NCBI GenBank assembly: GCA_963849325.1
Contig: CAWKHF010000005.1
Location: 1,097,351-1,161,350, forward strand
Source of the DNA: an uncultured Planctomycetota bacterium
GTDB lineage: Bacteria > Planctomycetota > Planctomycetia > Gemmatales > Gemmataceae
Direction: 5' to 3'
DNA length: 64,000 nucleotides
The notes below the pieces were generated by a model. The model made no database searches and was not told the DNA's origin. It saw only the letters and a program-made list of their open reading frames with translations. This document shows positions 1 through 9,012 of the stretch, piece after piece. Within the stretch, counting starts at the first letter, position 1. The number at the start of each line of letters is the position of its first letter. A program made the translations under genes and the position numbers.

Positions 1-318
1 GAAGTTCACGGCGTCATTCTTGAGCCACAGCCGTTCGACGCCCAGCTCACGGGCCAGGCGGTCGGCCGGGACCAGCGGCGTACCGCCGACCTGCCGGCCG
101 ACGGTCGGCTCGCCGTCCAGCGGCAGAAACTCCTGGTAGCGCCACATGTTGAACGGCCGCAGCTCAATCTTGGCGCGGTCGAGGGCGTCGGCGATGGCGT
201 CGTAGTCGTAATCGACTTCGAGGGGGCCGAAGTCCTCGGTGCAGAAGTTGGTCGCCGAGATGGGGTAAGCCTGGCCGCACAGGCGGCATTTCAGGCCGCG
301 GACGAAAGAAGAAGACAC
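1..318 (-). CDS. thrC: Threonine synthase-family PLP enzyme, N-terminal part (runs off the window)
   Basis: Manual translation from GTG at 318, with GGAGGA upstream: SSSFVRGLKCRLCGQAYP...FGPLEVDYDY...MWRYQEFLP...GGTPLVPADRLARELGVERLWLKNDAVNF. Not in the ORF track because it is truncated. Confidence 0.85.
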   Translation of the reverse strand, partial: MSSSFVRGLKCRLCGQAYPISATNFCTEDFGPLEVDYDYDAIADALDRAKIELRPFNMWRYQEFLPLDGEPTVGRQVGGTPLVPADRLARELGVERLWLKNDAVNF

Positions 319-433
319 GGACAATTCCTCCACAAGCCGGAGCAAGGTTCCCGAGCCGGAGGTGTGTATCGTCCAGGAGGGGTTCTCTGCGGAAGGCAGA
401 GAGTAGAGAGGCAAGAGGCGTGCGGGGCACACG

Positions 434-546
434 ATCTTATCTCTCCCGGCGCACGCCGGGTAGGAGGTAGCACCAGCATCCCCCTTGCGGAGGACCGGTT
501 GCTGTGGCTTCACAGGGCCTAATCCCTCAGCCACTCTGGATAAGAT
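434..546 (-). promoter_or_regulatory. SAM-I (S-box) riboswitch
   Basis: Minus strand reads ATCTTATCCAGAG-TGGCTGAGGGA-TTAGGCCC-TGTGAAGCCACAGCAACC...GGTGCTA-CCTCC...GAGAGATAAGAT, giving P1 ATCTTATC/GATAAGAT and the conserved S-box core motifs. Confidence 0.93.
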
Positions 547-726
547 ACCCACCAGGTTGTCAGAACATGATCTTAGGACATCGTTGTGGCAGAGGCAATG
601 GCCACTCGGCGTTTTTTCGGGAAAGCCACGGAAGCTCCACGGCAAATCCTTCACGGGACATTGGGCGGAAGGGGACCAATGAGGTAGAATGGGGACAGAT
701 TCATTACCTACGACAGGAGCTGGCCC

Positions 727-969
727 ATGCCTCCCGCCGATCTGCTGCTTATGCTTCGCGCCCAGCCGTTTGTCCCCTTCCGTATTCATCTGTCCGATGG
801 GACGGTGTATGAGATCCGCCATCCCGAATTGGTTTTGCTCAGCCTGGCCTCCGCGATTATCGCATTCCCGGACCCGGAACATCCCGGCTTGAATCGTTCC
901 TGGGAGATCGTCGCCCTCCGCCACATGGTCCGCCTGGAGCGCATTGAGCCAGTCACTCAAGCCGGTTGA
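727..969 (+). CDS. Small hypothetical protein of a type common in planctomycetes
   Basis: 80-aa ORF with AGGAG RBS and motif LRAQPFVPFRIHLSDGTVYEIRHPE. Confidence 0.7.
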   Translation: MPPADLLLMLRAQPFVPFRIHLSDGTVYEIRHPELVLLSLASAIIAFPDPEHPGLNRSWEIVALRHMVRLERIEPVTQAG

Positions 970-988
970 CCGACACGACCTGCTGTGG

Positions 989-2296
989 TCACGACCCCCA
1001 CAGCCAGAGCAACAAGACGATAATCAGATTCACGCCCAGAAGCACAATCCCGATGGCGATCAGCAGCATTTTCATTCGCACCGACCAGCGCGGCGGGGCG
1101 GGTTCCGACTCCCTCTCATCGGACAAATCCATCTCCGAGGCGGAGGGGTTCGGCAAGTTATCCTCCACCGGCGGTTCGGCCTGTTCCAGAGCGGCGACCG
1201 CCTCGACGTACCACGGATCCTCTCGGCGGTCCAACGGCAGAATGGGGGCGTCCGTCGCCCAGGCGCGCAGCTCCTCCTCGACGGCCGCCGCCGAGGGTGG
1301 GCGTTCCTTCGGTTCCTTGGCCATCATCTGTTCGACAAGCCGAGCGAAGTCGGCCGGCACGGATGGGGCCAGCTCCAACAGCGGCCTCGGCTCCTCGTTG
1401 CGATGACGGCGGACCTTGTCGCGGCTGCTGCCGCCGGGGAACGGCGGTTGGCCGGTCAGGGCGAAGTACAGCGTACAGCCCAGAGCGTAAATGTCGGCCC
1501 GGCCGTCCACCCCGGCCGAATCGGTCGTCTGTTCCGGGGCGATGTAGTCCATGGTGCCGACGATGTAACCCTGGCCGCCGATCACGCTCTCCTCGGCCTG
1601 CTCGCCCAGCATCAACGCCAGGCCGAGATCGAGCACCTTGGCATGATCGTTGGGCGTGACCATGATGTTCGACGGCTTCAGGTCGCGGTGGATCAGCCCC
1701 TGGTTGTGGGCGTGCTCCAGTCCCGAGGCGGCCTCAGCCATCAACCGAGCGGCGCGGGCGACGGACAGCGGCCCGCCCTCGGCGACGACGCGCGACAGGT
1801 TCTTGCCGGGAATGTACTCCATGGCGATGTAGTAGACGTGCTGACAAATGCCGCTCTCGTAGGTCCAGGCCAGGTGCGGATGAGCGACGCGACGGCTCAT
1901 CTCCATCTCGCGCTGGAAGCGAGCCAGCAAGCGGTCTTCGTTGCGCCAGCGGCTGGGCGGCAGCAGTTTCAAGGCCACCAGTTCGCCGCTGCGCTCGTCG
2001 CGGGCCAGGTACACCGTGCTCATGCCGCCGCGACCGATCGGCGACAGGATCTGGAAATGACCCAGGAGCAGCCCTCGGCCGGCCCCGCGCATGATCTTAC
2101 TGGCCTGGAAGCGCGTCAGCTTGCCTTTGCGGACGAGGTGGTCGGCCAGGGCGCGGGGATCGTCGCGCTGTTCCTTCGGTACGTCGCGCAGCGCCTCCTG
2201 GAGCTGAGCACGGTCCAGCAGGCCGCTACGCAACACGGTCTTGAGAAAGCCCTCGACGGAGGGGAGATCGGTACGAGAAGAGGGAACCTCGGACAT
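989..2296 (-). CDS. Hanks-type Ser/Thr protein kinase with C-terminal TM helix
   Basis: IGRGGMSTVY, VALK, HRDLKPSN, DLGLA, GTMDYIAPEQ; hydrophobic C-terminus. Confidence 0.95.
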   Translation of the reverse strand: MSEVPSSRTDLPSVEGFLKTVLRSGLLDRAQLQEALRDVPKEQRDDPRALADHLVRKGKLTRFQASKIMRGAGRGLLLGHFQILSPIGRGGMSTVYLARDERSGELVALKLLPPSRWRNEDRLLARFQREMEMSRRVAHPHLAWTYESGICQHVYYIAMEYIPGKNLSRVVAEGGPLSVARAARLMAEAASGLEHAHNQGLIHRDLKPSNIMVTPNDHAKVLDLGLALMLGEQAEESVIGGQGYIVGTMDYIAPEQTTDSAGVDGRADIYALGCTLYFALTGQPPFPGGSSRDKVRRHRNEEPRPLLELAPSVPADFARLVEQMMAKEPKERPPSAAAVEEELRAWATDAPILPLDRREDPWYVEAVAALEQAEPPVEDNLPNPSASEMDLSDERESEPAPPRWSVRMKMLLIAIGIVLLGVNLIIVLLLWLWGS

Positions 2297-2352
2297 GCGG
2301 TTTCCGGCGGTTTGGACCAGGGGCCGCTCGCGGCCCCGAACCCTGCCATCCC

Positions 2353-4916
2353 CTACTCGCGGATCTGCGCCTTGAGGACGTGCTTGAGGCGGCCCATGAT
2401 TTTCTTGTGCGCGTTGCTCACTTCCTTATCTGTCAGTGTGCGGTCGTCGGCCTGATAGGTCAAGGCGTAGGCGAGGCTCTTGGTCCCGGCGGGGATGCTG
2501 TCGCCGCGGTATAGGTCGAACAGACGCAGGCCGCGGAGCAACGAACCGCCGGCGGTACGGATCTCGCCGGCCACGCGCTCGGCGGGCATGGCTTCCTCGA
2601 CGATGACGGCCACGTCGCGCAGGGCAGCTGGGAAGCGCGGCACCGACTGATACAGGGGACGCGGCAGCAGCACGCCGTGCAGCGCCTCCAGGTCGATCTC
2701 GCCGGCCAGCACCGGACGCCCGCCAAGCCGGAACGCCTCGGCGACCTTCGGATGCAATTCGCCGAAGTGGCCGAGAACGCGATCGCCCACGACCAACTCG
2801 GCGGCGCGGCCCGGATGCAGGGCCGGCACTTGGGCGGGACGATAGCTCACGTTCGCCACGTGCAAATCGGCGAGGAGCGCTTCGAGGACGCCCTTGAGGT
2901 CGTAGAAATCCAGCATCGGCGCCGGCGCAGCGGGCGCATCACTCCAGAACTCCGTCTGCCGAACGCCGCACAGGATGAGGGCGAGGCGGCGCGGCTCGTC
3001 GGGCAGCTTCTGGTTGGGCCGCGGCAGATAAACCGAGCCGATCTCGAATAGCCGCACGTCGTTGGTGTGTTGCAAATTCGACGCCGCCACGTCGAGCACG
3101 CCGGCGAGGAGGCTGTGCCGCATGACTTCGCGCTCGCTGCTAATGGGGTTCTGCAAACGGACGTACTCGCCCGGCGGCAGGCCCAGCGGTTTCTCGTGCT
3201 CCTCGGTCGTCAAGGCGTAGGTGATGACTTCCTGCAAGCCCAGCGCGACCAGACGGTCGCGCAGGCGCTCCTCGAAGACGAGTGGTTGATTGGTTCGCTG
3301 CTGCGGCAGCTGATCGGCCAGCAGCGTCGCCGGCAGACGATCGTAGCCGTACAGCCGAACCAGGTCCTCAATGAGGTCCGCCGGCCCTTCCTGAATGTCG
3401 AGTCGATGCGGCGGCGCCGTCGCCCGCAGAACGTCTGCATCTCCTTCCTCGACCTGAAATTCGAGCGCCCGCAGGATGCGGACGCACTCCGCGCGTGGCA
3501 GGTCCATGCCGAGGACACGGCGGACCTCCGACATCTTCAGTTCGATGACCCGCAGCGGCAACGGTCGAGGGTAGACATCGACCAGGCCGCGACAGATCGT
3601 GGCCCCGGCGTGCGGACGCATCAACTCGGCGGCGCGCTCGACGGCGGGCTGGACCGTCTCGGGATGGATGCCCTTGCTGAAGCGCACGCTCGCCTCGCTG
3701 GGCAGGTTGAGCGCCTTCATGGTGCGGCGGATGGAAATGAAATCGAAATTGGCCGACTCCAGCAAGACGTTGCGCGTGGCGTCCGTGACCATCGTCTCGG
3801 CGCCGCCCTTGATGCCGGCCAGGGCGATTGGTCCTGCCTCATCGGCGATAATCAGCATCTCCGTTGTCAGTTTCAAGGGGGCAGTCTTGTTGCCTTCGTC
3901 GAGCGTCGCCAACGTCTCGCCGGCGCGGGCGGGACGGATGCGAATGTGCGGCGACTTGCCGGCGGCGCGGCGCGCAGCTTATCGAAATCGAAGGCGTGCA
4001 ACGGCTGGCCCCATTCCAGCAAGACGTAGTTGGTGATGTCCACGATATTGCTGATGGGCCGCATGCCGGCGTAGCTGAGGCGTCGCCGCATCCATCCCGG
4101 CGAAGGACCGATGTACACGTCTCGGAGCAGCATCGCCGCGTAACGGGCGCACAACTTCGGGTTCTCGATGGAGACGCGCACCTGTCCCTCGATGGCCGGT
4201 CCCCCTGCTCCCCTCTCCCCCGCTTCGGGGGAGAGGGGTTGGGGGTGAGGGGGGGGCGGCAGACGCAGCGTTTGCCCCGTGAGGGCGGCGACTTCGCGGG
4301 CCACGCCGAGCATGGACAGACAGCGCGCCATGTTCGGCGTCACTTCCAGCTCCAGTACGATGTCGCCCAGGAAATCGACGGCGGGCGTGCCGGGCGCGAC
4401 GTCTTCATCCAGCAGGATAATGCCCGCTTCCTTGTCGTCGTCGATGCCCAGCTCGAACGCGGAGCAGACCATCGCATCGCTGGGAATGCCGCGGATCTTC
4501 GCCGGCTTCAACTCTTGCAACGTCTTCTCGTTGCTCTTGGCATGGTGGTTGAACAGCACCGAGCCGGTCAGGGCGAGGATGACCTTCTGTCCGCAATCAC
4601 CGATCTTGAGGTTCGGCGCCCCGGTGACGAGCTGCTTGGTACGGCCCTCGCCGTATTCCACAGTCGGCAGTTTCAGGTTGACGACGGCGGGATCGGGGTG
4701 CGGCTCGACTTTCTGCACGCGAGCGCTGACGATTTTGTCCGGCTGCCACACCGGCCCGACCTCGGCGGACTTGACGCGCAGTCCCTCGGGGGGCGGCACG
4801 CCGATCAGACGGACAGCGGACACTTCCAGGCCGGCCAGAGTGAGGCGTTCGACCAACTCGGCGACGGGAACCGTCAACGGCACGTATTCCGCGAGCCACT
4901 TCAGAGGTATTTTCAT
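2353..4916 (-). CDS. pheT: Phenylalanine-tRNA ligase beta subunit (apparent frameshift near 3970)
   Basis: MKIPLKWLAEYV start at 4916, then ISNIVDITNYVLLEWGQPLHAFD; continues in the 2353..3912 frame with LLESANF, B5 RLDI...DLIEDLVRLYGY and the FDX-ACB domain. Confidence 0.95.
4210..4253. repeat. REP-like palindrome inside the pheT coding sequence
   Basis: CCCCTCTCCCCCGCTTCGGGGGAGAGGGGTTGGGGGTGAGGGGG, identical over 44 nt to 28521-28564. Confidence 0.9.
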
Positions 4917-5119
4917 GGTGTCTTCTCGAATCCGTCGTGGACGTCCGCGGGACGTCGCCTCGGGTACACCCTTGTTATAGAGGGCGCGCCGTGCGCGGGA
5001 CAACGGCAAGCCGGCGGGCTGGACTACTCACCTTTACTCGCCCACCGAGGTAGATTACCCTCGGGGGAGAACGTGCGATCGATACGCCCTGTTCCTTGGA
5101 TGCGGGAGGCAAACTCCTC

Positions 5120-5917
5120 ATGATTGTTCCGACGCCGTGGCTTTACGACCTTTCTCACATCTACCCCGAATCGGACGGGCTGCCGATGGCGGACAATACC
5201 ACGCAGTATCGTTGGATGGTCACCATCAAGGGCGGCCTGGACATTCAGTATGGCGGAGATGCCAACGTGTTCGTCGCTGGCGATCTGTTCTGGTATCCCG
5301 TCGAGGGGCACCCGGAGATCCGCGTGGCGTCGGACGTGTTGGTTGCCCTGGGTCGGCCGCGAGGCGAGCGGCGTTCGTACCTGCAATGGATGGAGGACAA
5401 CGTCGCGCCGCAGGTCGTTTTCGAGATCCTCTCGCCGGGCAACACTCCGCGCGAGATGGACAACAAGCGCGAGTTTTATCAGCGCTATGGCGTCGAGGAA
5501 TACTACGTCTACGATCCCGATGAACGGCATCTGGAGGGCTGGCAGCGATCCGGAGCGCTCCTGGCGGCCATCTCGACCTTGGACGGTTGGGTCAGTCCGC
5601 GTTTGGGCATTCGCTTCGACCTGTCTGCCAGGGACCTGCGGATCTTCAGCCGAGAAGGCGAATTGTTCGTCGATCCTCTCGGACTGGCGACGCAGCGCGA
5701 CAGCGAGAGGCAGCAGAAAGAACAAGCCCGGCAACGCGCCGAACAGGAACGGCAACGCGCCGAACAGGAACGACAACGCGCCGAACAGGAACGACAACGC
5801 GCCGAACAGGAACGACAGGAGAAAGAACGAGCCCAGCAACGGGAAACGGAGGCCGCCGCGCGCGCCGAACGACTCGCCGCCCAGTTGCGTGCCTTGGGCA
5901 TCGAACCGGAACAATAG
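5120..5917 (+). CDS. Uma2 (DUF820) PD-(D/E)XK endonuclease-family protein with coiled-coil tail
   Basis: YPESDGLPMADNT, FVAGDLFWYP, PQVVFEILSPGN, YGVEEYYVYDP; (RQRAEQE)n tail ending LAAQLRALGIEPE. Confidence 0.92.
   Translation: MIVPTPWLYDLSHIYPESDGLPMADNTTQYRWMVTIKGGLDIQYGGDANVFVAGDLFWYPVEGHPEIRVASDVLVALGRPRGERRSYLQWMEDNVAPQVVFEILSPGNTPREMDNKREFYQRYGVEEYYVYDPDERHLEGWQRSGALLAAISTLDGWVSPRLGIRFDLSARDLRIFSREGELFVDPLGLATQRDSERQQKEQARQRAEQERQRAEQERQRAEQERQRAEQERQEKERAQQRETEAAARAERLAAQLRALGIEPEQ
5729..5812 (+). repeat. 21-bp tandem repeat x4 encoding RQRAEQE heptads
   Basis: CG(G/A)CAACGCGCCGAACAGGAA repeated four times in frame. Confidence 0.9.
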
Positions 5918-5948
5918 ATCCGGAAAAACGTTCAGCCGCGAAACGGCG

Positions 5949-6971
5949 TCAGGTGCCGAATTGCTGTAAGAAGCGTAGATCGTTGGCCCAGAATTGGCGG
6001 ATGTCGTCGATGGCATAAGTCAGCATGGCGATGCGCTCCGGTCCCATGCCGAAGGCGAAGCCGCTGAACCGTTCCGGATCGTAGCCGCCGTTCCGCAAGA
6101 CGACCGGATGGACCATGCCGGCGCCGAGGATCTCCAGCCAGCCGCTCCGTTTGCACAAGCCGCAGCCGGCGCCGGCGCAGACGATGCAGTCCATGTCCAC
6201 CTCGATCGACGGCTCGGTGAACGGGAAGTAGCTGGAGCGGATACGCACCTGGCGCCGATCGCCGAACAGGCGGCGCGCGAAGGCGATGAGCGTGCCCTTC
6301 AAGTCGGCCATCGTCACGCGCTGTCCGATGGCCAATCCCTCGACCTGGTGGAACATGATCTCGCTGCGCGGCGTGATGGCCTCGTAGCGGTAGCACATGC
6401 CCGGCAGGATAACGCGGATCGGCTGCGGACACAGTTCACGCATGACGTGGATCTGGCCCGGCGACGTGTGCGTCCGCAGCAGTACGCCGGGCGTCGTCGT
6501 GTGGAAGGTGTCCCACATGTCGCGCGCCGGATGGTGCTCCGGCATGTTGAGCAGGCCGAAGTTCGTCTCGTCGTCCTCGACCTCGGGGCTGCGATACACC
6601 TGGAAGCCCAGGTCGGCGAAGATGGCGTAGATGGCCCGCAGCGTCTGCGTCGAGATGTGTAATCGGCCGCGCCGCGCCGGCCGGCCCGGCAGCGTCACGT
6701 CGAGAGATTCCGACGCCAGGCTGCGGGCCAGGCTGCGTTCCTTCATGGCGGCGTCGGCGGCTTCGTAAGCCGAGGTCAGCTTCTTCTTCAGTTCGTTGGC
6801 CTGTCGCCCATACGCCGGGCGCTCGGTGGGTGGCAAGCCACCGGTCTTCCTGACCGCTTCCTCGACTTCACCCTTAAGGTATCGAGCATTCCAGGCGCAC
6901 AGCGCCGCTTCGTCGGCACAAGCCTGCAAGTCCGCGAGCGCCCGTTGTTCCAGAGATGCGAGGTCGGACAT
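5949..6971 (-). CDS. pheS: Phenylalanine-tRNA ligase alpha subunit
   Basis: HHPARDMWDTF, LLRTHTSPGQ, FHQVEGL, SYFPFTEPS, GFAFGMGPERIAM. Confidence 0.98.
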   Translation of the reverse strand: MSDLASLEQRALADLQACADEAALCAWNARYLKGEVEEAVRKTGGLPPTERPAYGRQANELKKKLTSAYEAADAAMKERSLARSLASESLDVTLPGRPARRGRLHISTQTLRAIYAIFADLGFQVYRSPEVEDDETNFGLLNMPEHHPARDMWDTFHTTTPGVLLRTHTSPGQIHVMRELCPQPIRVILPGMCYRYEAITPRSEIMFHQVEGLAIGQRVTMADLKGTLIAFARRLFGDRRQVRIRSSYFPFTEPSIEVDMDCIVCAGAGCGLCKRSGWLEILGAGMVHPVVLRNGGYDPERFSGFAFGMGPERIAMLTYAIDDIRQFWANDLRFLQQFGT

Positions 6972-6988
6972 GATGTTCAGGGAGTCGT

Positions 6989-7044
6989 CGGAACCCGCAG
7001 CGTTAGCGAGGGAAGTGCGGCCCTCGCTAACGCTGCGGGTTCCG
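6989..7044. repeat. Intergenic REP-like hairpin (variant of family A)
   Basis: CGGAACCCGCAGCGTTAGCGAGGG / CCCTCGCTAACGCTGCGGGTTCCG perfect inverted repeat. Confidence 0.8.
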
Positions 7045-7050
7045 TTCGTT

Positions 7051-7407
7051 CTAAGGCAGGTTCGCCTTCGCCAACTCGACGATCTTGGTAAACGTATCGG
7101 GGTCGTGTACGGCCAGGTTGGCGAGCGTCTTGCGGTTCAACTCGACCTGCGCGCGCTGCAGGCCGGCGATGAGTTGGCCGTAACGCAGGCCGCGCATGCG
7201 ACAGGCAGCGTTGATGCGCACGATCCACAGACGGCGGAACTCGCGTTTGCGGACGCGCCGATCGCGGAAGGCGTACACGCGGGCGCGGATGAGCGTCACC
7301 ACCGCCTGCCGATACAGATGGTGCCGGCTCAGGCGGAACCCCTTGGTCAATCGGCGCATGCGTTTGCGGCCGCGAAGGACCGTCTTGCCGCTGCGTGCTC
7401 GTGTCAT
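7051..7407 (-). CDS. rplT: 50S ribosomal protein L20
   Basis: YAFRDRRVRKREFRRLWIVRINAACR...LNRKTLANLA. Confidence 0.98.
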   Translation of the reverse strand: MTRARSGKTVLRGRKRMRRLTKGFRLSRHHLYRQAVVTLIRARVYAFRDRRVRKREFRRLWIVRINAACRMRGLRYGQLIAGLQRAQVELNRKTLANLAVHDPDTFTKIVELAKANLP

Positions 7408-7436
7408 GAAAAAAACTCCCTTGGCGGTCAATCTTT

Positions 7437-7489
7437 CCGAGCCTGAAGCGTAAGCGAAGAGATACTCTTCGCTTACGCTTCAGGCTCGG
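7437..7489. repeat. REP-like palindrome, family A copy 1
   Basis: CCGAGCCTGAAGCGTAAGCGAAG...CTTCGCTTACGCTTCAGGCTCGG; recurs at 8937, 39829 and 42438. Confidence 0.9.
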
Positions 7490-7507
7490 GCAAGAACTCG
7501 TCTGGCG

Positions 7508-7708
7508 CTAGGCCTTGCCGCCCATGGCCTTGATGTACGTGCGCGACAGCTTGCCGCCGTCCACGATGACACCGCGCAACTGGCGCTTGCGCTTGCCGGT
7601 CTTGTGACTGAGCAAGTGCTTCTTGCCGGCCTGCCGGCGTTTCAGCTTCCCCGAAGCGGTCACGCGGAAGCGCTTCTTCGAGGCCTTGTGCGTTTTCATC
7701 TTGGGCAT
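7508..7708 (-). CDS. rpmI: 50S ribosomal protein L35
   Basis: [24 protein letters not shown]...HLLSHK. Confidence 0.98.
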   Translation of the reverse strand: MPKMKTHKASKKRFRVTASGKLKRRQAGKKHLLSHKTGKRKRQLRGVIVDGGKLSRTYIKAMGGKA

Positions 7709-7811
7709 GGTTTGTGCCCCTCCCTTTCCATCCACTCCGCCGGGATGTCCGGGGAGAACCCTAATTGTAGAAGAAAAACGCGCGCGCGGGCAGGGGGGAA
7801 AAGAATCGGCG

Positions 7812-8357
7812 TCATGCTTTCGACGCCTTGGGGGCGAGCATGGCCGTCATTCGTTTGCCCTCCATCGACGGCGCTTTTTCGATCTTGGCCACGTCCGCCA
7901 GCTTTTCCAGGATGCCGTCGATGATGCGTCGGCCCTCCTCGATGTGCTGCAATTCGCGGCCGCGAAACAGCACGTTGACCAGAACCTTGTCGTTGTGCTC
8001 CAGGAACTTGCGGGCCTGGTTGATCTTGGTATCGACGTCGTGTTCGCCGGTCTTGGGCCGGACGCGGATCTCCTTGAGCTTCTGCTGATGGACCTTGGTT
8101 TTGGTCTTCTTGTGCGACTGCTGATAGCGGAACTTGCCGTAGTCGAGGATCTTGCACACCGGCGGCCGCTCGTTGGCGGCGACCTCGACGAGGTCCAGTT
8201 GCGCTTCGCGGGCCATCTCCATCGCTTGCGACGTGGGCACCACGCCGAGCTGTTCGCCGTTGACCCCGATCAGGCGAACCGGACTGATGCGGATTTGTTC
8301 GTTGATCCGCAAACCACGGTCGTGCGGCTGCTGCGAATGACGGTCGAAGGGGGGAAT
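7812..8357 (-). CDS. infC: Translation initiation factor IF-3, probable ATT start
   Basis: [53 protein letters not shown] lies 8 nt before an in-frame ATT at 8357. Confidence 0.95.
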   Translation of the reverse strand: MPPFDRHSQQPHDRGLRINEQIRISPVRLIGVNGEQLGVVPTSQAMEMAREAQLDLVEVAANERPPVCKILDYGKFRYQQSHKKTKTKVHQQKLKEIRVRPKTGEHDVDTKINQARKFLEHNDKVLVNVLFRGRELQHIEEGRRIIDGILEKLADVAKIEKAPSMEGKRMTAMLAPKASKA

Positions 8358-8682
8358 ACCTCGATCTCCTTTCGGAAAGGGACGCCCATTCGGACCGACG
8401 CTCGCCGGGCCGATGGCCCGGTCCACACGGATCGGCACGCGGCGATCCTCTTGCGTCGGCCGGAGGGAGGCGTCCGGTTCGTTGTCCTGGCGTGCCGGAC
8501 CTTCCGGATAAAGACACGCCGGCGGAGGGAAGAGTTCACCGCCGGCCTTGGTGAAACTTTAACATCGAGAGACGTTGCAGGGAAGCCCCTTCCGCTCGGT
8601 CCCGTGAACCTTTGGTCGGATTGCTCCGTCTATCTCCTGTCCGGCCGAGACACAGCGATTCACGCGGACGGCACGGATCGAT

Positions 8683-8758
8683 CCGGATGTAGGAGAGCCT
8701 GGTTGCATCCGCCGGCCCTGGAAGCCGGACCACGCTGGTTCAAATCCAGCCATCCGGA
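8683..8758 (+). tRNA. tRNA-Pro(TGG), atypical anticodon loop (C33, A37)
   Basis: Acceptor CCGGATG/CATCCGG plus A73; anticodon arm CCGGC-CCTGGAA-GCCGG; T arm GCTGG-TTCAAAT-CCAGC. Confidence 0.75.
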
Positions 8759-8766
8759 CTGCATAC

Positions 8767-8852
8767 GGAAGGGCGAGCCAATTGGCGATGGCACCCCGCT
8801 CGAAACGGGGCGAGGCCGCAAGCCCTTGAGGGTTCGACTCCCTCTCCTTCCG
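8767..8852 (+). tRNA. tRNA-Ser(CGA)
   Basis: Acceptor GGAAGGG/TCCTTCC plus G73; anticodon arm CCCCG-CTCGAAA-CGGGG; long variable arm; T arm GAGGG-TTCGACT-CCCTC. Confidence 0.88.
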
Positions 8853-8857
8853 CTGTC

Positions 8858-8927
8858 GGAGGGTCGCCGACGGGTGGCAAACCGCCCTGCTAAGGTGGTT
8901 CAGAAGGTTCGACTCCTTCACCTTCCG
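8858..8927 (+). tRNA. tRNA-Ser(GCT)-like, lacking the long variable arm (possible pseudogene)
   Basis: Acceptor GGAGGGT/ACCTTCC plus G73; anticodon arm CCGCC-CTGCTAA-GGTGG; T arm GAAGG-TTCGACT-CCTTC; only 70 nt. Confidence 0.65.
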
Positions 8928-8936
8928 CTGAAGTCC

Positions 8937-8990
8937 TCGGAGCCTGAAGCGTAAGCGAAGGTTGCTCTTCGCTTACGCTTCAGGCTCCGA
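8937..8990. repeat. REP-like palindrome, family A copy 2
   Basis: GAGCCTGAAGCGTAAGCGAAG...CTTCGCTTACGCTTCAGGCTC. Confidence 0.9.
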
Positions 8991-9012
8991 CGGAATCTCG
9001 TTGGTCCTGACT

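Noticed and set aside
944-2455. Long antisense ORFs (e.g. 944..2455, 3864..5123, 58240..59397)
   Set aside because: Shadow ORFs of well-supported genes, expected in high-GC DNA; no recognisable motifs.
2353-4916. pheT as a pseudogene or programmed frameshift
   Set aside because: Essential gene with intact motifs on both sides; one missing base restores the frame, there is no slippery heptamer, and similar indels occur throughout the window.
5729-5812. 21-bp direct repeats as a CRISPR array
   Set aside because: No spacers, the repeats are in frame in a coiled-coil tail, and the window has no cas genes.
8440-8680. Possible structured RNA (L20 leader or 6S-like) upstream of infC
   Set aside because: Only local GC hairpins are visible; no consensus could be matched by eye. 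An Rfam scan is needed.
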